Shown here piece after piece: positions 49,091 to 61,900 of a stretch of 64,000 bases of DNA. The position numbers and the translations under genes were made by a program. The DNA is taken from NCBI RefSeq assembly GCF_048593235.1, contig NC_133617.1, forward strand, positions 419,968,958 to 420,032,957. Reading direction: 5' to 3'. The notes below the pieces were generated by a model that saw nothing but the letters and a program-made list of their open reading frames with translations, searched no databases and had not been told where the DNA came from. The DNA is from Sminthopsis crassicaudata. Taxonomy: Eukaryota. Each line of letters begins with the position of its first letter. Positions within the stretch are counted from its first letter, which is position 1.

Positions 49091-52000
49091 ACATATATTT
49101 TCCTTATTCACTATTCCTACAAATGTTCCTTCCAATTATCTTGGAGGAGAGAAACCTATCTGAAGGTACAATAGGAGATCATAGCAGCTTAGACATTTCT
49201 CTCTCTGGGAAAGAATGCTTGGATTTAGAATCAAGTTAAATTGAATTAAATTGTTTCTGACAGACTTTTGCCTAAAACTCAGAGTATAATGTTAATATTT
49301 TTTTTCTTTGACATTAACTTATACCCAATATGATTTTTTTAAACCTCGAATAAGACTTGCATGGAAGCTGAGGTTGCCTGCATTTGTGGATACCTAGACA
49401 CAAACTATACTTGGGAGATCTTCCTAGAACAACTCTGGGATGGATCTTTTTGGCAGTCAGCTCCTGAGATTGAACCTTGTTTGAGCCAGAGCCCTGGATC
49501 ATTGATTGCAGCTTCTGTATCCTAGTTCTTTATCTATTTGTCATTCCTTCTTTTTGATTGTATACTCCCTGAGGGCAACATCCAAATCATATTTATCTCT
49601 GTAACCCCAGCACAGGGCTGTACAAACAGGAGGTATTTAATAACTAGCTATAGCTTCCCTCCCTCTTCCCAAATAACCCAGCAAACAAAGCAACTCGACC
49701 TGATATTCACCCTCAAGGTTCAACAAAAGACAACGACTTGCTTTCATATGTCTCTTATTTGCAAAGCACTGTGCCAGGCACTGGGGGAGATAGACTCTGC
49801 CTTCATGAGCTAACAGGAGGATATCTCTCTCACACACACACACACAAATAACTACTGTAAAATGCAAAATGGAACACCGTAAGTGTTTGGGAGAAAGGTA
49901 GTTTAAAGCCTAAGAGGAAAAGATCATAATATTTTCCCCCAAAATCTACTCCTCTTCTCAGTTCCCTTCTTCCGTCAATGACAGGATTATTCTCTCATTC
50001 AAGTTTGATTTTTTTTTTCAGTCATTCAAGTTTGAAGCTTCAGCATCACCTTTGTCATCCCTTTCCTTGGTCACATCCATGAAGTCTATCACCAAGTCCA
50101 TATCTATCACCATAGATTTTTTTCTCTATGGCATCTCTCTTGAATCTTTCCCCTGTTGACCATTTCTTCTTCCAATGAAGCTCATTAACTCCTGGCTGGA
50201 TTACTGTCTTCTCATAGATCTCCTGTCTTACAATTTCTTCCTCCTCCCCCACTGCCAAATTAATTTCCTCATTCGTGGCTCTGATTGTATCACTACCATA
50301 TTTGGAAACTCCTATTACCTACTAAATAAAATCCAAATTCCTTAGCTTGGTATTCAGGCCTCTATTATCTGTCTGCAACTTACTTCTCCAACCTTATCTC
50401 CCACTAATGCCTTTCATGATCTCTGTATTCCAAACAAATGCCTTCCTAGCTGCAGCCTTCTGTTCCCTAGGCCTGGAAGCCTTTCTCACAATCCTGCTCA
50501 TCAGTCTAGGTTTATCTCAAATGTCATTTCCTTTGTAAAGCTTTCCCCGATTCCTCAATGTTGTTTTCCCAAGACTAAAATATATCCTTTCCTCATCTCG
50601 GTGGCCCAATGGAAAGAACATTAGGTCTCGGGTGAGAGACCTGAGTCAAAATCCTTATTCAGACATTTACTAGTTGTGTGACCCTGATCAAGTCACTTAA
50701 TTTCTGTTTACCTTCATTTCCCCTTATGTAAAATGGAGATAATAACAGCACCTACCTTTCAGGGTTCTTGTGAGATTAAATGAGATAACATTTATAAAGT
50801 GCTTATAATAAATGCTTGTTTCATCCTTTCCTTTCTTCTTCTACTTGTTATAATTCCTGGCTTCTATATTAGGCTTCTCCTATTACTAATGTTTTCCCTC
50901 CATTATTTCATATGTCTTTTATATGTAATTATCTGTGTGTATGTTGTTTCCTCCCAAAAGAATATGAGCTCCTTGAGGAAAGAGATTATATCTTATTTTT
51001 ATTAGCCTCTCTCTCCTACTGCTTAGCATTTAATATATTAAGTAGTTATTGTTGAATAAATTTTGGGGGCTAGTGGAAAAGAATTAAGGAAGATTTCCTA
51101 GCAAAGACATCATTTCAGGTGGTTGTTGAAATATAGTATTTCCATAGGAAAAGGGGGAGGTGGGTAATAAAGGAAAGTAGTATGTGGCCAGAGCACTGCA
51201 GCAATAGAATGGAGCGTGGAATCAGGGCTAGGGTCCCCCAGCTTATAGATCCTATGGCCAGCCCTCTGGTGATAAGTGTCTCCAAACCTGACAACAGACA
51301 GCCAGGCTCTCCTTCCTTTGAACAAGTCCTTTGTACTTCTGGTGGGGCAGACGACCATGAAAGGGGCTTATCACCCCACCGGAAGCAATCTCCTTACTTG
51401 AGGGACTCTTGATTTGTAGGGAACAAAGACTCAGGCCCAAATGAATGGAGAGGAAAGACCTAAGTTATTAGAGGTGGTGAGCTTTGAAGTTCCTGGAACC
51501 AAGATAGTGAAGGCACTGAATAACTACGGACTCCCCCGGAGTGACACGGAAGACTACTCTGCGTTCTGTGATTTCTTGCTGAATCAAGGCATAGCTTAAT
51601 AGAGGAATGTAGACCCAGTATGAGCAAGATCCTTCTCAGGTTAGGACACAATGATTCAGGATAGTACAGAGCAGATGAGAGAAATGAGGGTGTATGAAGT
51701 TGGGAGATAAACAAAGGCACTCCGTGACCACAGTAAAGTAACATAAAGCTACTTGGAAAGACTTCAGAGCCCTGATTGATGCAATGACCCAATATAACTT
51801 CAGACAAGGGATAATGAAACTTGCCTTTGGCTTCTTTGCAAAAAACGGATGGATTAGAAAACCAGAATGAGACACTGATTTCTAGATATGGCAAATGTGT
51901 TGGTTTGTTTTGTTTGTAATTTGTTTGTTGCATACACATGAGCACACAGACACACAAAAATACAAAAAAAGAAAATATCAGCGTAACAAATATTCAAAGA

Positions 52001-52597
52001 GAAAATAAGTTTGGAATAGAATAAAGAAAATGAACAATTTTATTATTACTATGTTGAATATTAATTTCTTTTAAAACAAACTATGTGGCACATAATTTAC
52101 AATTCCACACATAATCATTTTTGTTCTTTGGTTGAAGGAGAAATTAACCTTCCTTTTTTAGTGACTTGCCCGGGGTCACACAGCTAGTTAGGTGTCTGAG
52201 GTCAAATTTGAACTTGGATCCTGGACTCCAGGGACCATGCTCTATCCACTATGCCATCTAGCTGCCCCAAAATTAACATTAAGCACCTACTGTGTGCTAG
52301 GGTCTGTGCTAAGCACTTTTTATAAATATTATCTCATCTGATCCCCACTGCAATCCTGGGAAGTAAGTGCTATTTTTATCCTCATTTTACAGTTGAGGAA
52401 ACCAAGGCAAACAGAATTTGTCACGGGTCACCTAGAGAGTTAAGTGTCTGAGGCTGGATTTCAACTCAAATTTCCTGACTCCAGGTTCAGCATTCTAACT
52501 CCTGAAACACCAGCGGCCTCTGAATGTTGGCTGACTATTGATTATTGTCAAGTTTATGGCAAAAGTAGAAGTGTAAAATGTCTAAAATAAATGAAGG

Positions 52598-53280
52598 TGT
52601 AGAGGGCGTAGCCCCTTTAAGATTCCTTGTCTGATCTACCTTTGGGACAAGATATTCCTAGGGGAAAAGATCAGTATCTGAGCCAGTTTAGGCTGTACCC
52701 AGCCCCCAGCTGGTTTGAGTTTTCAGCCCCTCTTTGATACAAGACCTGGTCAAACTAGTTTGGGCTTGTACCCAGCCCCCCACCGGATCTGAGCTGGCTT
52801 GGATAACCCAACCCTCAACTATCTGAAAAGCCCACAAAAAAATCAGGAATCCACCCATTACTTCTTCAAGCAGATAAAAAGAGCAAAACTAGAATCATCT
52901 TTGATCAGAGATTTGAAAGATGCCAGCCAAGATGTTTGCATCAGAGACTCTCTGTCCCGCAGCTTTTGGTGTATTTCTTCCTCTATCTAATGCCTGTTAC
53001 TAAACAGACCTTAACCTTGCTTCCAAACCTGACAATAAACATCTTTTTACTCATCTAGGTTTTCGGCCTGTAAATTCATTTACAGGGGACTCTCGCCGCC
53101 ACTAGACCTGATTTGACTATCCTTGCGCCAAATCCTAAGGGGGTTGCAGGGGAGTTCCGTGTGACTCCCTGTACCCTGAATCCTGCCACTAGACCTCACT
53201 TAATTCTATTGAGGTATATACCTCCTCATTAGGTATTTACCTCATCATGTTACCTTATTTGGTTCTCATATACCTCATCA
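52598..53280 (+). mobile_element. ERV LTR-like element (3' boundary uncertain: 53084 or ~53280)
   Basis: Starts TGTA; duplicated U3-like block tgtacccagcccc; GATAAAA box (~52872); AATAAA (~53034); ..TTTACA at 53084; internal repeat gccactagacct. No short TSD found. Confidence 0.55.
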
Positions 53281-55795
53281 TTGGTATTCAGAGTTGATAT
53301 ATAAATCTGCATCATCCAGGCTGAACAGCCAAGCTGGGGTTTGGAATATCCTGGAGGGTGAGGGGTTAAAAATTAATGGATAACTGATGTCAGCAAAGCT
53401 AGCATATATTTACATAATTTTCCCAGAAGAACACAAGATTTTCCATAGTCCTTCATGATAGAGTATCTAGTCTATCTGTAGTCTCTGAAAGTATTGACCA
53501 GTTTCCAGAAGCAAAACAAAATTGTAGACCCAGAATTCCCATCCCACAATGACCAGAAACCAAGGCCCAAGGCCTGGAGCATGGTTTCCATGGCTAGAAG
53601 TAAGACTCTCAAGTCACTGCAAACATTGCTTAAAACACAAATCTTAAGTGTTAGAGATACGCCCCTGAGTTGTTTAAACATATGGTACACACAACTTAAA
53701 TCTTGACTCTTATAGATGAATTTCTTCATCTGTAAAATGAAGAAGCTGAACCAGATAACTTGCAGGGGCTTTTTCTCTTCTAAATACAATAATTTAGAGA
53801 CACAGGGCCATTGTGGTACAGTCACAATAGGCAAGAGAGACAATGCTCCCGAAACCAGCTGCCTCTGAATGTTGGCTGAATATTGATTATTGTAAAGTTC
53901 ATAACAAAAGTGGAAATGTTAAAATGTCCAAAATAAATGAAGACATGATTCTAAGTGATTGGAGATAGCGTTCTAGGAAAAGAAGCTCACTCCATTTTGC
54001 CTCAATCACCATTCTGATACTTTGGTCCAGTTTGAGGGTGAGATATGAAGAAATCGAGCTAATTGAGAGGATTAGGACAGCAAGTGGTTAATTGTGAGAA
54101 TTGGGTGAACCCTACTGACTCCATCTTGTGACTTAATTCTGGAGCTAGTTCAGTTCTCTTTCTATTCAATTATGGGTCTAGTCCAAATTTGACAATTTAT
54201 ATGTTCGGGAGATTGAACCTTTATTTTCTTGATCATTTCATCTTTCTCTTGCCACATACCAGGATAAGTAGAGGAGAACTGAGCAGTCAATATGGGCTGA
54301 ACACATTCAGTCTATCTGATTCCCCATTCAAAAACACACTCACTGTGTGACTGGGTAAGCTGCTTAACTTTTCTCCCATCTTGTTTTCTTTATTTATTTA
54401 AAAAATGGATAATAACAATAATAGCAGCGCCTGATTCATAGGGTTGTTGTGAGGCTCAAGTTAAATAGCTGACATGAAGTACTACTGGGTGTTGTGGTGG
54501 TGGTGATGGTTGTGATGATATTGTTTAGAGACTGAAGAGACATGGGGTTAGAAATACTGAGACTGAAAGGAAGAATATTCTTCCCTATAGTGAGGGAAGA
54601 ATGACAGAGAGGAAGAGGGGAAGAGAGAAGCAAAGGAAGGAGAGAATATGAATGAATAGGCAACCATAAGCCATATTCAAGATTAATGAGGCAGATAATA
54701 GAAGACAGAAGAGAAAACTAAGGTTCCTTCCTGCCTAAGATCACAAAGTGAGTAAATGCCAAAGTTAGGGCTTAAACCTTCAGAATTCAAAGGTTCTTCC
54801 TGCTATATTGTATAATCATCCTAGACATTAGGCAATAAGGTTGAACAGATAGGGAGTTACAGAATTTGGGTATGAATCAGGCTTTGCCACTTCCTACTTA
54901 CATCATCTCGGGTAAATCACTTAAGTTCTAGGGTCTTAATTTCCTCATCTGTAAAATTAGGGGTTTGAATTATATGATCTATAAGTTCCTTTCCCAGATC
55001 TAGATTAAGACCAAGGGACAAAGGCAGCACAAGGGTAAACAGACAAAATGACCCAAAGAACAGAAAGACCCAGGAGCACAAAGGTCCAAAGACCAGCTAG
55101 CTCTGGGACTGTTTCCTCCCCTGTAAAGTGAAGAGGAAGGGCTGGCTGATCCACAAGCTGATCTGTTTAGATCCATAGACACATGATGCTGTCACAGATG
55201 CAGACATAGAAAATGAGGCAGGCTCAAGGAGAGAGAGAGGAACAGAGACATAAAGTCACACAGACAAGCAAAAAGAGCTGGCTGCAGCCCGTGAGACAGA
55301 CTCAGATGCAGTCACACATACATACATAGATGTTCAGGGACATGGCTGTGGCCGTCACCCATTCTGAGACACCCACATATTGAGACAAATACACAGATTC
55401 CTCACATCCAAAGACCTGCCTCTGCCCCTTTCAAAGTTGGATCAATGAAATCCTATCTGAGGGCAGATGCTTCCTTTCATTTCCCTCCTACCACCTCCAG
55501 ACCCTGTGGCTTGGGAAACAAAAAGATCTCTGGGATCTTTCCTTCTGGAAACCCCTCTCTCCTTCTGCAACCTTTGTGCCCTGTCGCTGGTTGAAGAGTT
55601 AGAGCAGGAAAGCAGGTTTTGGTACCAGGAAGGAGAATGTCCTGTGCACACCAGTGCCTAGCGCCAGGAGCCCAGCCTAGAACATTGATAAACTCTGCCC
55701 AAGCACACACCTGCCCTGCCAACCCTTGTTGCATATGGAGCAGTGGGCCAGGCCAGGAAGACTTTGGTTCCATCACTATAAAAGGGCTCTCTCTG

Positions 55796-55851
55796 TGAGT
55801 CACTCTGCTCCCCTGCCCCTCCCCACACGGCTCTGGCTCTGCTAGCACGTA
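55796..55851 (+). promoter_or_regulatory. CA9 core promoter: AP-1, Sp1/GC box and HRE
   Basis: TGAGTCA at 55796-55802, cccctcccc at ~55816, and gcacgta (TACGTGC on the minus strand) at 55845-55851, followed by cagaccgta as in the human CA9 TSS region. Confidence 0.85.
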
Positions 55852-55902
55852 CAGACCGTAGGCACCACCACCAGGGTATTCACCTCCCAGGCTGCAAGCA
55901 GC

Positions 55903-58900
55903 ATGGCTCCCCCTTGCCCAAGCTGGCTTTCCGCCTCATCCCCAGCCAGGGCCCCCATCTCTCTGCTGTTGCTCCTCCTGCTTCTGGTCCCCTCCCACCC
56001 CTACCGCGTGCTGAGGAGAGAGAGGGATTTATCTGAAGAAGAGGGAGATTCTGGGGCAGAGGATATACCCCGAGAGGAGAAGCCACCTGGAGAAGAGGAG
56101 CTTTCCAGTGAGGGAGATACACCTGGACAGGGTGAGCCATCCAAGGAAGAGGATCCACCCAGGGAGGAGGTCCCACACAAGGAAGAGGATCCGCCCAGAC
56201 AGGAGGATCCACCCCTGGCTGAAGATTCTCCAGTCCCTGGAGATACTCTTGGTCCTCACAAGAACATCCCAGAAAAGAAAGGTTAGTTTTCCATTGTTGC
56301 TTTCTGCCCCACAGCTACCCGGAAACCTCTCCCTCTCTCCCAGAAGCTAAACCCAAGGTCCAATCCAAGTATTTAATCCTTCCTTCTACATTGCACTGGG
56401 TGAGAAAAAAGGAAAGAATGGGAGTGAAAAGAACAGATTGCTGTATGTTGGGGCAGGGGAATGGCACAAAGGGAAGAGGTGGGGAGGGAAGAAGAGGATG
56501 AGGAAAGGGGTTTGGGGCTTTGCAGTTTTATCTAGAACTTTTATCTTTTGCAAGAAATGATAAACCCCAAGAAATTTTTCTTTTATAATTCATCAGGGAG
56601 AAAGAAAAAAATGGAGGGGAAAAAGAAAGGAAGGAAGAAAAGAAAGAAGGGTGAGAAAGAAAAAAAGGAAGGGGAAAGGAAAAGAGAGAAGGAGAAGATG
56701 GGAAATCTTGAACTGGGAAGAGTTGGAGGGAAGCAGATAGAGTGAAGTAAAAGAAGAAGAAATAAGAAAGGAAGGGGAAGAGGAGGAAAAGAGGGGGAAA
56801 ACTAGGGGAAAAGTAAAGTGAGGAATATGGGGGAGGGGAGAGAAGAGGTTAGTGAGGAGATGAGAAAAGAGGGACCAACAGTAAGGTGGCACAGCTGATA
56901 GCTGGAGTCCAGAGGATCTGAGTTCAAATCTAGCTTCAGACACTTACTATGTGACTCTGGGTCAGTCATTTAACCCTAATTGTCTCCAAAAAGGCGGGGG
57001 AGGGAAGAAGAAAGAAAGAAAGTAAGAAAAGAGGAAGAAAAGATTAAGAGAAAAAGGGAGAGAGGGAAAGGCAAGAAGAAAAAAAGAGACAGGTAGCTAG
57101 AGTTTTTATTAAACACTTATTATGCCTGGCACTGTGCTAAGAGCGGAGGATACAGATACAAGGCAGCAAGAGAATCCCTACCATGGAGGAGCTTACATTT
57201 TCCAGGGCAAGAAGAGAACAGCATCAAGGGGAACTGCAAAGGGGGGTAGTACAGTAAGGAGCCGTGTCTGTTGGGGTATCTTCAGAGACCTGCTTTGCTA
57301 GATAGCCCCGGAACCTGGGGTCACAGAAAGGAGATAGAGAAAAGGGAAAGAAAGAAAAAAGGGAGAGAGTGGAGGGAGAGAAGAAAAGAGGAACAGAGAA
57401 GTAGGGCTGAGAGGGAAGAGAAGAAAGGGAAAGAAGGGAGCAGTGAGGAGGCAAGAGGAAGGAGAAAGAAAAAGAAAGGAAAAGGGGAGAAGGGACAAAG
57501 AGAAGGAAATGAGAGAAGACAAGGATCTTTTTCCTTTGTGGTCCATCACGTGGTGACTGCCGATTAAAAAAAAAAAAAAAGCCTGCTGATTGATTTTAAA
57601 AGGAAAGAAAGAGAAAGAAAGGGGGAGAATGAAGAGAGAAAAAAGGAATAAGCATTGAAATGGATTAAGGTCACATAGTTAGGGGAGAAATGGGCCCCAG
57701 AATTTAAATGTCCAAATCTCCTTTGTAGAAATCATAGGAAAGGGGTATTTATGTAACGCTTTACGGCTTGCAAAACCCTAGTTTCCCAGTGCAGGAGCTC
57801 CTTACAGAGAAATTCCCAGGGCTGGGCTCTCCCCACAATACTACGAGCGCTGTTGCCTCGGTTTGCAGACAGCCAGGCCGGGCTCAGGGGAGCCGGGGGG
57901 CCTCGGAAGCCCGGTCCTGGGCTGTAACGCCCGGAGGCAGGGTCCGCAGCCGGGTTTTTCCGACTCTAAGCCCGGCTGTCATGCTGCTTCGCACGGAGTA
58001 ACGTGAACAGGACTGGGAAAGCGCAGAGCTGGGCGGGAGGGTGAGGCAGGCCTCGGAGGCCCGTCCTCATTCCCCTGTCTTTGCAGATGAAGATGACCAC
58101 CACTGGCGCTACGGAGGTGAGAGGCGCTTAGTGCCGCAGCCCGCCCGTCCCCTCCCCCAGTCATTCACCGAACGCCGGCATCCCCAGACCGGATCCCGCC
58201 CTGCCCCTGCTCGCGTGTGGTGGCCGCCCCCATTCCGGGGCACCGCCGCCCCAGCACCTCCTCCTCCCTGCCTTTCCTCCCTCTCTACCGCCCCTTCCTT
58301 CTTCTCTCCGCTTCTCATCTCTTCCTCTCCCTGTCCCTCTCTCTTTTCTTCTAATTCTTTCCCTCTCTTCTCTCTCCTCAGCCCCTCCAGCATCCACTAC
58401 CTGAGCCAAATAGCCTGCTCCCGCTCCTCCCTGCGTGAACCAATCATCCCCGACCTTTGGTCCCTCCCTAAGCCTTCGGACCCCGCCCTCACGCTCCCCG
58501 TTTTACGGACCTTCGCTCTCCCCGACCCCGACCCCTCCCTCATCTGCACCTCCCCTCCCCCGGGCGCCTCTTGACCCCGGTTCCCAGGCGGCCCCGTCTG
58601 GCCCCGGGTCTCTCGAGCCTGCGGGGGACACCTTCAGTCGCCAGTGGACATCCGGCCGGACTCCGCCTACTTCAGGCCTGACCTGGTGCCTCCCCAGCTC
58701 CACGGCTTCTCGCTCCCCCCGGATCGGCCTCTAAAGCTTCAGAACAACGGCCATACAGGTGAAGCCCCAAGGCTGCTACCCGGGCGGGGGGCGGAGAAGG
58801 GGAAGAGCGGCGACTAAGGGGTGGGGTTCTGGAGGGGGGCGGGGCCGGGCGCGGCTACCTGGCCTGGGTACCCGCGCGTGGCCGCGCGCTGGAGTGGGAC

Positions 58901-61900
58901 AGAGCATCTCGTCTCGGCCGTCCTCCGCAGTGCAGCTGACGCTCCCGCCCGGACTGTGGATGACCCTGGGCCTGGGGACGGAGTACCGGGCCCTGCAGCT
59001 ACACTTCCACTGGGGGGCCCCCGGGGCGCCCGGCTCCGAGCACACGGTCAGCGGCCACCGGTTTCCCGCCGAGGTGAGCCGCGGGCTGAGGTCGGTGCTG
59101 GAGGCTGGGCCGGGCGGCGGGCCGGAAGCTTGGTTTGGGATCCAGTATGGGTTCTTATTCTAGATTCACGTCGTTCACCTCGACACGCGATTTGACACGG
59201 TTGAGGAAGCCTTGGGGCAGCCTGGGGGCCTGGCCGTGCTGGCTGCCTTCCTTCAGGTACTGCCCGGAGCTGCAGTCTCTGCACCCCAAGACTGGACAAT
59301 GTGGACGCAGGACGCCCAGGCTCACCCCACTCTGTCCATCCCCAGAACTCCCACCCTGCCTTCCCTCTTCCCAGACCCTTGCTCCCAAGATCCACAAGCC
59401 CGCCTGCACTTTCCGCACCCTCTCCAACCCTCCAGCCTCTTCCCATTGTCTTGGGATCCCAGGTCCCGGTCTAGAAGCTCCGGCTCCCCTTCCCGCCAGC
59501 CTCCGTAATTTTCAGGGGGGAATCCCGGGGAGGTGGAGGGCACTGATTGAATGCAGTTCTCTCGGAGCCCCTCTTTGCCCAGTGCTCCACCCCAGCCCCC
59601 CCCCAGTCTCTCTCCTGCATCCCAGTCTTGTGTCTCCCCCTAAGGAGGGCCCAGAGCAGAATGACGCCTATGAACAGCTCCTGTCACATCTTGGGGCAAT
59701 TGACGAGGAAGGTTAGTGTTGCCTTTGTCCATTTCCCTTATCCCTACCTTCACAGGACAGGCCTTAGAGAACCCCTTGTCTGAGGGGAGAGATGTGGTCC
59801 CTTCCCTAAAGAGCCTCAGCTCAAAGTTTAGAAACTACACGGTCAGTGGCTGCTTTACTCTCAACGCTAAGGAAGAGGGGAAAAACGGACCAATAAGCCC
59901 AAATCAGCAGCATGGCATAGAGTGCGGAGTATTATGTAGTCAGAAAGACCTGGGTCCAAATCCTCTCTGATCCTTACTAGCTTTGTGACCATGGGCATTC
60001 TCTGCCTCAGTTTCCCCACCCATAAAATCAAGGTGTTCCACTGAATTGCCTTTACTCCCAGCTTTAAATCTGTGATACACAAGGGCCTTATAGAAACCAA
60101 ATAAACAGTAAAATCCCAGTTAGGTTTAGCTAGGGGTTCAACCTCCTTAAGTACCACAATTTAAAAAAATACCCATCTTGGATGGATAACCTTCTAAAAT
60201 GTACGCTTTCTTGTCCTCATAAACAGAAAGTACAAACAAAATATGTCCTTATCTTGATGACTTGGTCGACATTTATTTTAGACTAGACCTGTGATTTTTA
60301 TTGGCATAGGGAACTCCCTTTTCCAGGACGGACCAATCTGCTTTTTAGTCTCACACAGTTGCTTGGAAGCAGAGTGATTAAGTGATTTGCCCCTGCAAAC
60401 AGCCAGTATGTGTCAGAGGCAGAGGCCCCAAGCCCAGGATCTTTCTTGGTATAAAGTCAGCTTTCTATCTACCCTGTCATTATCCCTCTCTTGATGTTCA
60501 TTAGGAAGACTAATTGTACTGTGCTTGGATGCCTTGAGGGCCTGTTGAGATAGAGATAAGGTTGACAACTCATGTTTAATTGGGGATCTGAGAGATGCAG
60601 AGCAGCAGAGCCTCTGGACCTAAGAGGATCAAGTCTGGTTAGATATGCTTTTTAAAATTATTCTGTCTGCCTGATAACTCCATGCTGCAAAGATATCATC
60701 TTTCACTTGGGTCTGCTTGGCTGCTTACAGAACCTCCTATTCCTACTTCTAATTTGTTGCTACTTAGCAGTAATCAGATAACCAAGTTTGTTGGGATTGG
60801 CTGTAAAATAAAATAATTTCATGCAGTTAGTGTTTATGTGGGTGATCCTCTTATGTATAGAATTTATTTCAAGAATCTTGAAATATCCATTTTTATTACT
60901 GAGAGGCCCTTTTTGTTCCTAGTTCCAGATTAATGAAGGTTGATTGTATCTTTAAATGCTAAAGAGATCTAGGATAAAGAAGTGATCAGAACTGGGAGGG
61001 GAAGGGCGGTAAGCAAGAAACAATGAGTCATGGCTGGATATGGATTCTAAAGAGATCTTAGTTCAAATCCCCTCTCTGCCACTTAGTATCTGTATGACCA
61101 TGGACAAGTCAGTTAGATTGTCTGAGCCTCAGTTTTCTGTGTTGTAGGATGGAAATATTGTTATTTATAGTAACTCATTTTGTGACCATTAAATGAGATC
61201 ATATATGGAAAAAATGTGTATTATTACACTTGGAAAAGGAATGCCTGGTATTGGATGAGATTCTGAGGCTACTGGGTACTAAGAAAGAGTGTGTGTTTCA
61301 AATAAGACCTGAGAAAATGGAGGGAGGGCCAGATTTCCTATGATGATCTCCTGTGGGTCACTGCTCCTTCCTTGTGGTCAGATTCAGAGACCTGGATCCC
61401 AGGCTTAGATGTGTCTGCACTCCTACCTCACAACCTCCACCGCTACTTCCGCTATAAAGGGTCTCTGACTACACCCCCCTGCTCACAGGGAGTCATCTGG
61501 ACAGTGTTCAACCAGACGGTGCTTCTGAGTGCTGAGCAGGTGGGTCTGTAAGGGAGCCAGGACTCCCACAGGTGGGAGCAGGGAGGGGCAGAGCCCATGC
61601 ACCAGGAACTCAGAAGTTAGGAGAAAGGGTATATCTGGCCCAAAAGGAAAAATGGAGATATACAGGGCAGTGTATTAGGATGGGGGCCACAGTGGGAGAG
61701 ATGAAGAAGAGATGAAGAAGAGGGATGGGCAGGGTGGTAGGGAAATAAGATATCTGGGCATAGGAAATGATGGGGTTTAGGGTAATGACATAATAAGTAC
61801 CATTGAAGATTTTTGTATATGGGGACTGGGGGTGTTGGTGGACCATGAGATTTCTCATCTCCCCTCACTTCTCGTGCTTCAGCCTTCTCCTGTGATCCAC

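Noticed and set aside
51100-51730. Non-repetitive block with short ORFs upstream of the LTR
   Set aside because: There is no recognisable protein, splice structure or RNA motif.
53281-53295. tggtattcagag as a primer-binding site after the LTR
   Set aside because: It is an imperfect match to a tRNA-iMet-type PBS and no gag-like sequence is recognisable downstream.
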